Assembly (NCBI GenBank): GCA_949841245.1
Contig: CATKYT010000001.1
Coordinates: 10,906-74,905, forward strand
DNA from: an uncultured Eubacteriales bacterium
GTDB lineage: Bacteria > Bacillota > Clostridia > Christensenellales > UBA1242
Direction: 5' to 3'
Length of the DNA: 64,000 nt
Positions within the stretch are counted from its first letter, which is position 1. Every line of letters starts with the position of its first letter. Positions 32,757-44,900 of the stretch are shown piece by piece. Both the position numbers and the translations under genes were made by a program. Under the pieces are notes generated by a model that did no database searches, was not told where the DNA came from, and was given only the letters and a program-made list of their open reading frames with translations.

Positions 32757-32776
32757 CTACACAAAAAGGAGAAATT

Positions 32777-35014
32777 ATGGAAAAGCAAAAATTTGAACAA
32801 TGGAAAGGTTTTAAAGGAGATAAATGGAAAGAGTCTATTGATGTGTCTGACTTTATTCTTTCCAACTTTAAAGAATATCGTGGAGATGATAAATTCTTGT
32901 GCGGTGCAACTGAAAAAACAAAAAAGGTTTGGGCAAAATGCAACACACTTCTTAAAAAAGAAAGCAAATTGGGTTTGTTGGATGTCGAACTTACAACAAT
33001 TTCAGGCATCAACACTTTTGCACCAGGCTACATTGACAAGAAAAATGAAGTTGTTGTTGGGCTTCAAACAGATCAACCATTAAAAAGAATTGTCAACCTT
33101 TATGGTGGACTTAGAACAGCAGAAAAGGCACTTGCAGCTTATGGCAGAGAACTTGACCCAGAAATCAGACGCCATTTTGTTGAATATAGAAAGACACATA
33201 ATGATGGTGTTTTTGATGTTTACACACCAGAAATCAGAAAAGCTAGAAGTGCTGGACTTTTGACAGGTCTTCCAGATGCTTATGGCAGAGGCAGAATTAT
33301 TGGAGATTATCGCCGTGTTGCTTTGTATGGTATTGATGTCTTGATTGAAGAAAAGAAATATGACAAAGAAACAATCCAAGTTCGTGATGAAGAAAGCATC
33401 AGACTTCGTGAAGAAGTTTCAGAACAAATCAGAGCGTTGGGACAAATCAAAGAAATGGCTGCTTCTTATGGGTTTGATATTTCAAAACCTGCACAAAACA
33501 GCCGTGAAGCAGTTCAATGGTTATATTTCGGTTATTTGGCATCAGTTAAAGAAAATAACGGTGCTGCAATGAGTTTGGGAAGAACTGCAACTTTCCTTGA
33601 CATTTATTTTGAAAGAGATTTCAAAAATGGCACATTAACAGAAGAAGAAGCACAAGAACTTGTTGACCAATTTGTCATCAAACTTCGTCTTGTTCGTCAT
33701 TTAAGAACACCTGACTATGATGAAATCTTTGCTGGCGACCCAACATGGGTTACAGAAAGCATTGGTGGAATGGTTGATGATAAGAAAAGTTTGGTTACAA
33801 AAAACTCTTTCAGATATTTGCAAACACTTATCAATCTTGATGCTTCACCAGAACCAAACTTAACTGTTTTGTATTCTGAAAAACTTCCATTAAACTTCCG
33901 CAAATTCTGTGCTAAGATCTCCATCTTGACAGACTCTATTCAATATGAAGGCGATGATGTTATGCGCCCATTATATGGAAATGACTATGCCATTGCTTGT
34001 TGCGTTTCTGCCATGAAAGTTGGCAAGCAGATGCAATTTTTCGGTGCAAGATGTAACTTGGCTAAATCTTTGCTTTATTCACTCAATGGTGGTGTAGATG
34101 AAAACTCAGGTGTTCAAGTTGTTGACGGAATCAGCAAAAACACAGAAGAAGTGCTTTCTTTTGACAAAGTTTGGAAAAACTATCAAAAAACACTTGAAAA
34201 AGTGGCAAAAACTTATGTTGAAGCCATGAATATCATTCACTATATGCATGATAAATATGCTTACGAAAAAGGTCAAATGGCTTTACTTGACACAAATGTT
34301 GAAAGACTTATGGCTTTTGGTGCAGCAGGATTTTCTGTTGTTGCAGATTCACTTTCTGCAATTAAATATGCCAAAGTTAAACCTGTAAGAGATGAAAGAG
34401 GAATCATTGTTGACTTTGAAGTTGAAGGTGATTTCCCTAAATTTGGAAATGATGATGACAGAGTTGACCAAATTGGTGTTGATGTTGTTCAGTTCTTCTT
34501 TGGATGTTTGAAAAAACAAAAGACTTACAGAAATGCCATTCACACTTTGTCACTTTTGACAATTACTTCAAATGTAATGTATGGAAAGAAAACAGGTTCA
34601 ACACCTGACGGAAGAAAAGCCGGCGTTGCTTTTGCTCCTGGGGCAAACCCAATGCACGAAAGAGATTGTTCAGGTGCTTTGGCTTCCCTTAACTCTGTGG
34701 CAAAAATTCCTTATGGATGTTGCTGTCAAGACGGAATTTCAAACACATTCTCAATTGTTCCTGATGCTTTGGGACACAGCGAAGGTTCAAGAGTAAGCAA
34801 CCTTGTTGATATTTTGGATGGTTATTTTGTTCAAGATGCACAACATCTTAATGTAAATGTTTTAAACAGAGAACTTTTGATTGATGCTATGAACCACCCT
34901 TGGAAATATCCAAACTTGACAATCAGAGTTTCTGGTTATGCTGTAAACTTTAATCGTTTGTCTAAGGCTCATCAGAAAGAAGTTATTGCAAGAACTTTCC
35001 ATTGTAAAAAATAA
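32777..35014 (+). CDS. pflB: formate C-acetyltransferase (pyruvate formate-lyase)
   Basis: Active-site IACCVSAM and glycyl-radical motif RVSGYAVNF. Start set at ATG 32777 after SD AAGGAG. Confidence 0.95.
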   Translation: MEKQKFEQWKGFKGDKWKESIDVSDFILSNFKEYRGDDKFLCGATEKTKKVWAKCNTLLKKESKLGLLDVELTTISGINTFAPGYIDKKNEVVVGLQTDQPLKRIVNLYGGLRTAEKALAAYGRELDPEIRRHFVEYRKTHNDGVFDVYTPEIRKARSAGLLTGLPDAYGRGRIIGDYRRVALYGIDVLIEEKKYDKETIQVRDEESIRLREEVSEQIRALGQIKEMAASYGFDISKPAQNSREAVQWLYFGYLASVKENNGAAMSLGRTATFLDIYFERDFKNGTLTEEEAQELVDQFVIKLRLVRHLRTPDYDEIFAGDPTWVTESIGGMVDDKKSLVTKNSFRYLQTLINLDASPEPNLTVLYSEKLPLNFRKFCAKISILTDSIQYEGDDVMRPLYGNDYAIACCVSAMKVGKQMQFFGARCNLAKSLLYSLNGGVDENSGVQVVDGISKNTEEVLSFDKVWKNYQKTLEKVAKTYVEAMNIIHYMHDKYAYEKGQMALLDTNVERLMAFGAAGFSVVADSLSAIKYAKVKPVRDERGIIVDFEVEGDFPKFGNDDDRVDQIGVDVVQFFFGCLKKQKTYRNAIHTLSLLTITSNVMYGKKTGSTPDGRKAGVAFAPGANPMHERDCSGALASLNSVAKIPYGCCCQDGISNTFSIVPDALGHSEGSRVSNLVDILDGYFVQDAQHLNVNVLNRELLIDAMNHPWKYPNLTIRVSGYAVNFNRLSKAHQKEVIARTFHCKK

Positions 35015-35171
35015 TCTTTTGTCAAAAAACGAAACACAATTGCTTTCTTTTGGGAAACAAAACCAAACGAAACACAATGTTAATTTGTTTAATTTAAAGA
35101 TAAGTTTGATTAAAGAAATTGAGCATTTTTGCTCTTTTTCTTTATAAATTGAAAATAAAAGTAGAGAAAAT

Positions 35172-35876
35172 ATGATTCAAGGAAATATAGACAGTTTTGA
35201 AACAATGGGATTGGTGGATGGACCAGGAGTGCGTTTTGTTGTGTTTTTACAGGGCTGCCCTATTAGATGTGCTTATTGTCACAACCCAGAAATGTGGAAT
35301 GCCAATCTTTCAAAAATCAAAATGACGCCAGCAGAGTTGGTTGCCAAAGTTTTAAGGTTTAAAACTTATTATAAAAATGATGGCGGAATAACAGTGTCTG
35401 GCGGAGAGCCACTTATGCAAGCAGAGTTTGTTAAGGAAGTTTTTAAACTTTGTAAACAAAATAACATCCACACTTGTCTTGACACATCTGGACAGGGTGA
35501 TAATTATGAAGAACTTTTGGATTTCTGTGATCTTGTGATTTTGGATGTTAAAGAGCTTGACAAAGATAAATATTTAAATTTGGTAGGAAAGGACATCACT
35601 AAATTTACTAAGTTTCTAAATGTTTGTCAAAAGAAAAACAAAAAGATGTGGCTTAGACAAGTCATTGTTCCAAATTTTAATGACTCAGAAGAAAGCATAT
35701 TAAAACTTAAAATGTTTGCTAAAAAGTTGAAAAATATTGAAAAAATCGAACTTTTACCTTATCACACTATGGCGAAAGAAAAATATAAAAAACTTGGCAT
35801 AAAATATCGTTTAGAAAACACTCCTGAAATGGACAAACAAAGGTGTCAGCAATTGGAGAAATTACTTAAAGATTAA
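35172..35876 (+). CDS. pflA: pyruvate formate-lyase activating enzyme (radical SAM)
   Basis: GPGVRFVVFLQGCPIRCAYCHNPE (CxxxCxxC). It lies immediately downstream of pflB. Confidence 0.9.
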   Translation: MIQGNIDSFETMGLVDGPGVRFVVFLQGCPIRCAYCHNPEMWNANLSKIKMTPAELVAKVLRFKTYYKNDGGITVSGGEPLMQAEFVKEVFKLCKQNNIHTCLDTSGQGDNYEELLDFCDLVILDVKELDKDKYLNLVGKDITKFTKFLNVCQKKNKKMWLRQVIVPNFNDSEESILKLKMFAKKLKNIEKIELLPYHTMAKEKYKKLGIKYRLENTPEMDKQRCQQLEKLLKD

Positions 35877-35923
35877 AGGCATTTTTATGTCTTTTTTCTT
35901 TTTTTATTGGCAAAAATTTGTTT

Positions 35924-36589
35924 ATGGACATCATTTTGCTTGCCATCAGTGTGTTTTATCTTGTTAAAGGTTATGTTAAAGGACTTGTTTCCATGCTTTT
36001 TTCATTATTTGGCGTGGTGTTTGTCATTCTTTTAGCATGGAAACTAAGTGATTTCTGTCAGCCTTATTTTCAAAATTGGTTTAATTTTACAAATGGGCTT
36101 TCAAATGTTTTAGACCAGTTTTTGCCTGGTAAGTTTGCCAATATTTTTGAGTTGGAACAAGCGGTTACTCAAAGTCATTTTGGCATCATCTTTGCACCCA
36201 TCTTTACTAAATTGTTTTTAAACATAACCTTTGAAGGCAATCTTACCGCTGGTCAAATTTTGGCAAGACCATTAAACAGTCTTTGTTTAAAACTCATGGC
36301 TTTTGTGGTTTTGTTTGTTACATTTGTCATTTTGTTGAAACTGTTGCGTTTTTTGTTTAACAGAATTGTCAAGTTTTGTGGACTTGGAGTGTGCAACAGA
36401 ATTTTTGGAAGTCTTGTTGGTTTGTGTAAAGGCATCGTCATATTTGGTGTGTGTTATTTTGTCATGCTTACACTTTCAAATTTCTTTTTAAATGAAACAC
36501 TCCTTACTTTCGTAAAGAGTGGTCAGGTTTCAAATTTTGTTTATGAAAACATTGTAGACTTTTTGTTTTCCATTTTTTATAACATTTGA
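35924..36589 (+). CDS. cvpA: CvpA-family membrane protein
   Basis: DIILLAISVFYLVKGYVKGLVSMLFSLFGVVFVILLAW is a typical CvpA N-terminus. Four TM helices. Confidence 0.65.
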   Translation: MDIILLAISVFYLVKGYVKGLVSMLFSLFGVVFVILLAWKLSDFCQPYFQNWFNFTNGLSNVLDQFLPGKFANIFELEQAVTQSHFGIIFAPIFTKLFLNITFEGNLTAGQILARPLNSLCLKLMAFVVLFVTFVILLKLLRFLFNRIVKFCGLGVCNRIFGSLVGLCKGIVIFGVCYFVMLTLSNFFLNETLLTFVKSGQVSNFVYENIVDFLFSIFYNI

Positions 36590-36813
36590 TTTTCAATTTC
36601 GTTAATGTATTTCTGAAAAGTTTTATTTTCCTTGGTTTCAGTTAAAAGTTCTTCCAATTTCTTGTTTTCTTCCCTGTATTGTTCGATTTTGTTTTTATAA
36701 TCAACAAGCAAAATAATTTGCACAATAATGCCTATCGTCAATATACCGATAAGCACAATCATAAAGATTTGCAAAAAATTAACTTTCTTTGTGTTTTCTT
36801 TTTCTTCTGACAT
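36577..36813 (-). CDS. septum-formation initiator-like protein (DivIC/FtsB type)
   Basis: Single TM helix followed by a coiled coil (KNKIEQYREENKKLEELL). It sits after yabP-yabQ, as in Bacillus. Confidence 0.5.
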   Translation of the reverse strand: MSEEKENTKKVNFLQIFMIVLIGILTIGIIVQIILLVDYKNKIEQYREENKKLEELLTETKENKTFQKYINEIENQML

Positions 36814-37138
36814 TGCATTTTTCCTTTATTTTATTGTAGCATTTTGTTAAAGGTAATGCAACATATTTGTTCATTAAAAATCTTTGCAAACAAATTGAAA
36901 GGGCGAAAACGGCAACAGTCCAAAGACGGAATTGTCCATAATTAAATTTTAAATTCAAGTAATAAAAAGCAAAAAAGGTTAAAATAGCAGTAAAAAATGT
37001 CAAAATTTCCTTAATAATTTGCTGTTTTTTTATTTTGTTTGCCAAAATGTTTTTAATGTCAAATAAAAAACCTGTGGCAAGTCCACCCAATAACAGCCAC
37101 AAAAATATGATTGGTTGAGATAATGTTTCGTAAAGCAT
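36779..37138 (-). CDS. yabQ: spore cortex biosynthesis protein YabQ
   Basis: Small polytopic membrane protein translationally coupled to yabP (1-nt overlap), in the conserved gene order. Confidence 0.6.
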   Translation of the reverse strand: MLYETLSQPIIFLWLLLGGLATGFLFDIKNILANKIKKQQIIKEILTFFTAILTFFAFYYLNLKFNYGQFRLWTVAVFALSICLQRFLMNKYVALPLTKCYNKIKEKCNVRRKRKHKES

Positions 37139-37386
37139 TATTTAAACAACCTTTTCACAAGTCCCACTTTTTCGGCTTTGCGAGAATATTTAATGGCATT
37201 TATGTCGCCATTAAAGGAAACTTGTTTGTTTTCAAGGTCAAGTTTTGTTATTTCAATGTTTGTGCCACTTATGATGACATTGCAATCTCCAACTTCCACT
37301 ACGGCTTGTGTGCCTGTGGAAGAAAGCATTTTTGTTGCACCTGTGATGTCAAGTTTTTTACGGTTTTCGATGGTTATTTGTTCCAT
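37138..37386 (-). CDS. yabP: sporulation protein YabP
   Basis: ITIENRKKLDITGATKMLSS..VIISGTNIEITKLDLENKQVSFNGDINAIKY..LVKRLFK parallels my recollection of B. subtilis YabP. Confidence 0.8.
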   Translation of the reverse strand: MEQITIENRKKLDITGATKMLSSTGTQAVVEVGDCNVIISGTNIEITKLDLENKQVSFNGDINAIKYSRKAEKVGLVKRLFK

Positions 37387-37456
37387 GTGTTCTCCTTTTT
37401 GATTGCATAGATTAAAATCATTTTAAAATTGTTTAAAGTTTGTGTATAATATATCT

Positions 37457-38272
37457 ATGATTAAGAAAGAGATAATATTAGAAAAAAGGCAAAAAACTGT
37501 CAACTTATTGCAAGATTATGGTTTTTCTTTTGCAGATGTAAATAAAATGTTGAGAAATAAAGATGTAAAAGTCAACGGCAAAGCAACAAAAGAAAATGTA
37601 ATGCTTGAAGTTGGTGACGAAGTTGTTTTCTTTTATTCGCCAGAAATGCTGGATAAAAAAGTGGATATTATCTTTGAAAATGATGATGTTTACATAGTTT
37701 ATAAGTCTGCTGGAATTGAATCAGACGGAGAAAAAGGTTTGGAAAAAGTTTTAAAAGGTGCCATTGCTGTGCATAGGTTAGACAGAAACACCGAAGGTCT
37801 TATGGTTTTTGCCAAGAATCAAACAGCAGAAAAAAAGTTGCTTAAGGCCTTTAAAGAAAAAACAGTTCGAAAGTTTTATCTTGCAGAAACTATTGGTATG
37901 TTGGAAGCAAAGAATAAAACATTCAAAGCATATCTTGTTAAGGACAGTGAAAATTCAAGTGTAAAAGTGTATCAAAACAAAATTAAAGATGCTGTTGAAA
38001 TTTCAATGATTGTCAACACAATAAAAGCCGGCAAAGAAAGTAGTTTGGTGGAAATTGAACTGTTGACAGGTCGCACGCATCAAATAAGGGCACATTTGGC
38101 ATTTCTTGGACACGCAATTATTGGGGACGGAAAATATGGCAAAAACCAAGACAACAAGAAGTTTAAACAAACTCGTCAAAAGTTGGCTTGCATTAAACTT
38201 AAATTTAATAAAGTTGGAATTGTAGGGTTGGATGGAAAAGAATTTGTGAAAAATCCGAAATGGAAAGTGTGA
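37457..38272 (+). CDS. RluA-family 23S rRNA/tRNA pseudouridine synthase with S4-like N-terminus
   Basis: HRLDRNTEGLMVFAKN and GRTHQIRAHLAFLGHAIIGDGKYG. ATG 37457 lies only 5 nt after a TATAAT, so the mRNA may be leaderless. Confidence 0.85.
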   Translation: MIKKEIILEKRQKTVNLLQDYGFSFADVNKMLRNKDVKVNGKATKENVMLEVGDEVVFFYSPEMLDKKVDIIFENDDVYIVYKSAGIESDGEKGLEKVLKGAIAVHRLDRNTEGLMVFAKNQTAEKKLLKAFKEKTVRKFYLAETIGMLEAKNKTFKAYLVKDSENSSVKVYQNKIKDAVEISMIVNTIKAGKESSLVEIELLTGRTHQIRAHLAFLGHAIIGDGKYGKNQDNKKFKQTRQKLACIKLKFNKVGIVGLDGKEFVKNPKWKV

Positions 38273-38305
38273 CAAAAGTTTTGTATATTGCATAACTAAA
38301 TCAAT

Positions 38306-38776
38306 ATGAAAAGCGAATTTTATCAAGTTAATTCTTATTATCAAGGATTGTTACAAAATTATTATGGAGGTGCAAATGGGTGCTTTGTGGCATTTATGCA
38401 CTTCTTTTATCAATATAACCAAAGTGTGGTTTTCCAGCCAGAACTTAGCGAATGCTTTGAAAAACTTTGGCAGTTGGAATTGGAAAATTGCACAATTTTA
38501 AGTGAAATTATTTTAAAAATGGACGGAGACAACAAATATTTTTCCAGTTCCAAGAAATTTCTTTCGGGCTATAATGTTGATTACATTAAAAATTTTTCTA
38601 AGATATTTTTGGCGGATATTGAATTTTTGGAAGTTAATGTCATTGAAATAAAAAATCTTATAAACAAGATTGACAACATAAAAATTAAAGAAAATTTGAA
38701 AAAAATATTAAAAAATAAGCAATTTTCTTTAAATTTTTTAAAAGAAAAATATTTTAAACTTAATTTAATTGGATAA
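38306..38776 (+). CDS. hypothetical helical protein
   Basis: 156-aa ORF with no secure motif. Confidence 0.4.
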   Translation: MKSEFYQVNSYYQGLLQNYYGGANGCFVAFMHFFYQYNQSVVFQPELSECFEKLWQLELENCTILSEIILKMDGDNKYFSSSKKFLSGYNVDYIKNFSKIFLADIEFLEVNVIEIKNLINKIDNIKIKENLKKILKNKQFSLNFLKEKYFKLNLIG

Positions 38777-38980
38777 TTTTAATTAATATTTTTCACATTT
38801 TTAAATTATTTTCCTAAATTATTTTTTCGCCCTGTTTTAGGGAAGTTTAACGCTTTATATATAATTTTATATATAAAATAAAAATTCTTTCAATTTGTTT
38901 GATAAATTGGTTTTAAAAGTGTTAAAATATTTTTAGATTGGACAAGTAATTTTTGCTAAGGAAAAATAAGGGGAATTCTT

Positions 38981-41900
38981 ATGAAAAAGTTTAGCATTGT
39001 TTTCATGTCAATTTGTGTGACCTTTCTGGCAACACTTTTCTGTGCTTGTTCTTTTAAAAAGCCGGAAGCACAATTTTCTAAAACTGAACACATAGTTTCA
39101 ATTGGTGACCAAATTGATTTGGATGAATATTTGCAATTAACGGGTGTGAGTAAAACTGACCTCACATATCGTTTTTCTGATTCTTCCTTATTTGAAGTAG
39201 ATGGACATAAAATTAAAGCCAAGGCTTCAGGAAAGTCTAAGGTTTATGCTTTTTATGAAGAAAGCAATCTTGCATCAATGCAAGTGGTTGTAAGAAAACA
39301 ATTTGACGCGCCAAATTCAATTCGTTTTGAAGATGGGAATTTAGTTTGGAATACTGTTACTGGTTGGTATGAAGGTGAAGCATTACACACTGTCGCAAGT
39401 TCTTACACAGTTGAGTGGGAATATAACAGTGCCAATAATGAAAAAGAAATTGGCATTGAAATAGTTGAAACAAACAAATTGGATATGACAGATTTTAAAT
39501 CTGGTGTTTACAATTTCAAAGTTAAGGCAAACACTCATCAATATTTTGACGCAAGTGAGTTTGCGGTGGCTGACCCTGTTTATTATGGCTTTATGCAAAA
39601 AATTAAAGAAGAAGATTTTGATTGGAACTTTGACACAGGTGTTTTGACTTGGCAACAAATGGAAGATGCAAAGTTTACTGTCAGACTTAATGGTGCTTTG
39701 CTTAACGATTTGGCAGGAGCAGATTCCAATGGATACATAACAACAAATGCTGTGGACCTTACAAGATATTTAAGTGATGCAAACAGCGGAGATTATGACA
39801 TTACAGTTACGGCATATGACATCAATGGTGTTAAATACGAAATGGCAAGTGAAAATTTTGTTGTTACAAAACTTGCAACTCCTGTTGTTTCAAACGATTT
39901 CACAATGTCAAACGGTGGACAACTTTTAATAAAGACAAATCAAAGTGTCGAGAGTTTTAAAGTTATTGCCGAAAACAGCATCGTTGGAAAACTTGAATTT
40001 ATCTTAGAAAATGCTGGACAAGACTTAATGACATCATTAGACTTTTTGAAAAGTGGTGTTTATGACATCAGCGTTGTTGCTGAAAATCATGATGAAACAA
40101 GGCATTACTTTAAAAGTAGACCTGCCATTTTTGGGAAAGTTTACAAACTGCCGGCAGTTACTTTGACTGGTAAAGGTGCAAACACTGAGAATGGAACAGC
40201 CTTTAATGTTGAGGTTGAAAACACAGCGATTGTCGAAACATCTTTAAAAGTAAGTTCTAAAGATGACACTCAAATTTTTAATAATTTCACAAATGGTTTT
40301 TCTTGGACGGCAAATGCCAGTGGACAATATAAACTTAGTGGCGTTTTGCAATCAAAGAGTGCAACTTCCAGCATTGATGGAAACATGGTTTATATCATAA
40401 ACTCAAATGCCAGTGAAGAACTTGTTTTGACAAAATTAGGTGCAGTTGGCGTTGTTATGCACAAATATGAAAATGGTAATTCTGTTTTGACATTCAGCGA
40501 AGTGGACTATGCCGACCAAAACTGTTATCAAATTTTACATTTCAATGGCGTTGATTATGAAAAAGTTGAAGAAAACAAAATTTCTTCAATTACAGTTTCC
40601 AATAAAGTAGTAACTGTTGTTTTAAGTGGCAGAGTAGAAACTTTGTTTGAAGCAATTGACTGTGAATTTGAATTTAAAATTGTGGCAAACACTTTGGACA
40701 GTTCTACATCAATAAGTTCCACTGCAAACAAAACACTGACACTTCTTGGACAACCAACAGCACCAGAAACAGGAAATCCACAAAATGGAGTCTTTGTTTG
40801 GAACGCTGTGGAAAATGCAGATAAATACAATGTGGAAATTTATTATACAAACAACAAAGATATTTTTGAAAGCAAAGATTTAAGTTTGTTTGAAAAGACA
40901 ATCACAATTACTTCTGAAACACAACTTCGTTTTAACAAAGTTGGATATTACATAGTTCGTGTGTATGCGGTTGCCGACACTGCAAGTGAAAACCTTTATA
41001 TTTCATCTGCTGTTGCGTTGGAAAGAACTTTTCACATTTCTGAAAAAGTGTCAATTGGCAATGTGCAATTGAGAAACAATGGAAGCAATATATTTTTAAG
41101 AATTTTTAACAACGACAGCAATGTTAAAACTTATACAATCAGTGTTACAGGTCAAGCGGACGAAACTTTGGTGGCAAGTGGAGAAAGTTATGATGATTAT
41201 ACATTAAACAAATCTTTCTTTGCACAAGATACAGAAATTACAGTCACAGTGACTGCGAATGCCAGTGACACGACTTTAAGACCTTCTGACAGTTACAGTT
41301 TAAGTGTGGAAAAACTTAGAAATGTAACTCCTGACGATGTTTTGGTGGAAGATGACCATGGTTATTTAATCAGTTTGGTGCCTTATAAAAATGGTTTAAC
41401 TTCAAAAATCACTTATGACGCAAGCAATAAAACCAGTGCTAAAAATCAAAAAGCTACACTTGATGTTTCAAATGTTGGTGCAGATGAATTTAATTTAACT
41501 TTTGAATTTGTCGGCAGTGATTTAATCAATGGAATATATGATGTCAAAGATAACAAAGTGTTCCTTAATTGTGATGAAGGTTCTAAGACAATTGCATTTT
41601 CCAGAATTGCAAAGCCAGAACAACTTATCTATGAAAATGGAAAATTCAATTTCGTTGCAAATGGAATACCTGCAAACAGTTACAGCTATGTTTTGGAAGC
41701 GACTTATAAAAATGCCAACAATTCCAACTTTTTAATTGCAATAAAATTTGATGGAACAGTTACAGCCACAATTGGTGGAAGCAATGAAAAAATTGTTCTT
41801 GGGCAAAATCAAGACTTTATTGATTTGGCTGCAAATACAATTGATTTCAATGCTATTGAAACAGCAATTAATTCCAACGCAAAATTGGAAGCATGTTACA

Positions 41901-44900
41901 GACAAATGGAAAATCCAAAATTTTCGTTGTTTGTCAGTTACAAACAATATGACACAATTTCAGAAAAATATCTGTTTTCATCAAGAAATTCTGTGGAAAC
42001 ACAATTGGAAAAATTGCCAGAAGCAGATTTAAAATTCCGTTTCATCGATGAAGAAAACAAATTCAAATTTTCTTGGCAAGTTCTTGAAACTTCAAGTTTA
42101 GAAATTTCAAATGTAAATTATAAATTGTTTGTCAATGCTGGAAACACAAGTTTTGAAGAAATTTCTGGCTTTGCTGTCAATTATGAAACAACAGATGACA
42201 AAAAATTTGCTTACATAACATTGAATGCACAAGACTTTGAAGCAGGCGTTTTCTATAATTTCTATTTATCAGCAACTCAACCACATTTTCTTGGAACAAG
42301 TGTTTCCAACAATTTGATTGTTTACAGACTTAATTCTGTAAACGCTTTGACATTAAATGAAAACAAACTTGATGCAAATGTAACAGATGCGGGATATGCA
42401 CAAAAAGTAATTGTCACTGTTGGGGGCAATGCACAAGAATTCACAGTTGAAGCAAATGGCAATTTTGCCATCCCTGTTGCAGGAGAAGGTGAATATGCTG
42501 TTAAAGTTGTGGCGAAAGAAAGCAGTTTCAATGAAGTTACAAAGACAGAAACTTTTTATATTGACAGTTTGCAAAGCAAATGGACACTTAAATCTCTTGA
42601 TGCTGTTGCAAGCGAAAATGTTCCACAACTTAGATTTTCAAATGAAATCGTAAGTTGGGATAAGTTTGCTGGAAACTTTGGAGAAAACTTGCATTATGTT
42701 TTAATATTTAAAGACCAAAATTCTGTTACGGCAGAAACAACAACGCACAAAGTTGAAGGAAACACTGTCAGTGTTGAATTAGACGAAAAGTCACAAATTT
42801 ATAAAGATTTGTCAAAACTCAGTGCGGGAGAAATAGAAATTCAAGTAAGTGCTTATCTTTCAAGTTACAGCACAAGCAAAAATGGCGTCATTTATTTTGC
42901 CGATTCTCAAACTCTTTTAAATGGAAAACAAGAATTTAACCACTTTGTATATCAAAAGATTACAAACAAAAAATTGGCTACTCCAAACATAACCAACATA
43001 ACATTTGATAAAGGCACAGATGACAGTAAAGTGGAAAATCCTGATGTGATTGTGACTTTTGAAGGAGATTATGATTTCCAAAATGGAACAGGCAATGACA
43101 GTTTCAAAATTTTTGTTTCATCAACAGCAACAACAGAAAGAACGCAGTTGAATATGACAATTTCAGAAAAAACAACAGGAGTTTTTGAATTTGTTTTAAA
43201 TGCAACAGACTATGCTTTCGTTCAACCAGACGAAACACTTATTTTGGAAATTTTGGCTGTTTCAAGTGTAAATATGCCATCAACTTTTGGAAGTAAAGAT
43301 GTTTACATGGCAAAACAAGTTCGAAGTGTCGAATTTGAAACAGAACTTGAAAATGGAAAGGAATTTGCCAAACAAAATGTAATTGTTACTTTAATGGACA
43401 ACTCAGCCAATTATGTTTTAGGTGGAATTGTTTTAAAAGTTACTGACAAAACAACAAACAAAGTTTATTACATAAATTTTGATGCAACAATTGTGGCAAA
43501 CACCATCTCTTGTGATTTAACAGATTTCGTTAAAACGAATTTAAAGAGTGGTGCAAACATAAGCGTGGAAGCATTTATAAACAGTTATTCTGAAAGTGGA
43601 AACTACATCTTGGCTTGCAAGAACAAAGTTACAACAGACATCACTGAAAACATAGTCGTTTTAGGTGGTGTGGCAACAACAGACAGTTACGATGAAACCA
43701 CAACATATAATGACATTCACTATCGCGCTGATGCGGGTGGTTTTCAAATTCTTCCTGCAACAGGAAAAACACTTTCAGATGACTTGATTTTTGTCGTGTC
43801 TTACAAAGTGGGAGAATATTCTTTTGAAACAAAAGAAATCACAAAAGATGACAATTTCTATTTTGAATTTCCTGCCGTATGGACCGATGAAGGTGAATAT
43901 GCTTTAAGTATATACGCTAAGCAAAGCCAATCTGAATTGGAAGGTGTGACAAATGTTTATGTTAATTCATGGACAAACACTTTGACTTTCCAAATCAACA
44001 GAGCAGAAAAAATAAGTCAAGTGCAAATTTCAAGAGATGAAACTAATCCAAGTGAACTTAACATTGAATGGAACAGTGTGGCAAATGTCAGCGAATATAT
44101 TTTCAGAGTTTACAACAATGTAAATGGAAAACTTATATTCTCGACAACCACAACATCCAATGTGAACACACTTTCTCAGTTGTTCTGGGCAAACTATAAT
44201 GATTTTGAAAATGTAAATCTTACAATTGGAACGACTGACATTGACGCTAGGTTTGAAGTTATTTCAGTTGGAAAAGATGGCACAAGCAATTCTCAGGCTT
44301 ACACCTTCTTTGCATATTTAAGACCAAATAATTTAAGTTATCAAAGTTTGGAAGTTTTGCAAGATTATGGAACGGTGACTTTGGCAACATTGCCTAACTA
44401 TTCTTATCTTTACAGATTTGTTTCTGGAAATGCAGTTGTTCAAGATTGGAAAAAGGTTACTGCACAAACCACTGAAACCACCCTTGACACATCCGAACTT
44501 GAAATTGAAAGTGGCAATGCTTTTAATGTCGAAATAATTATTTTGGGCAGTGCCGACAATAATGACACAACAATTACCGAAAATGCCACAAATTTTGTTT
44601 TTGATTCTTATGTTTGGACTTCGGCACTTTCTTCAATCAGACTTGGTAAATCAAGTTCAATTTTGAATGTAAGATATGACCAAACTGATGCGACAAGCAT
44701 CATCTTAGAAATGAGCCAAGCTACATTTGCCAACCTTTCAAAAGTATTGGTGGGCGTGGAAGAAAATGCTGTGTTTACTCAAAAAGTTGTAAGTTTAAAA
44801 ATTGATCAACTTTCGGAATGTGGAAATGCTGATGGAGATGCTTCAAATCCAATTGACACAACAAGAAGAAGTTATGCTTATCCACTTTCAGATATGTTGG

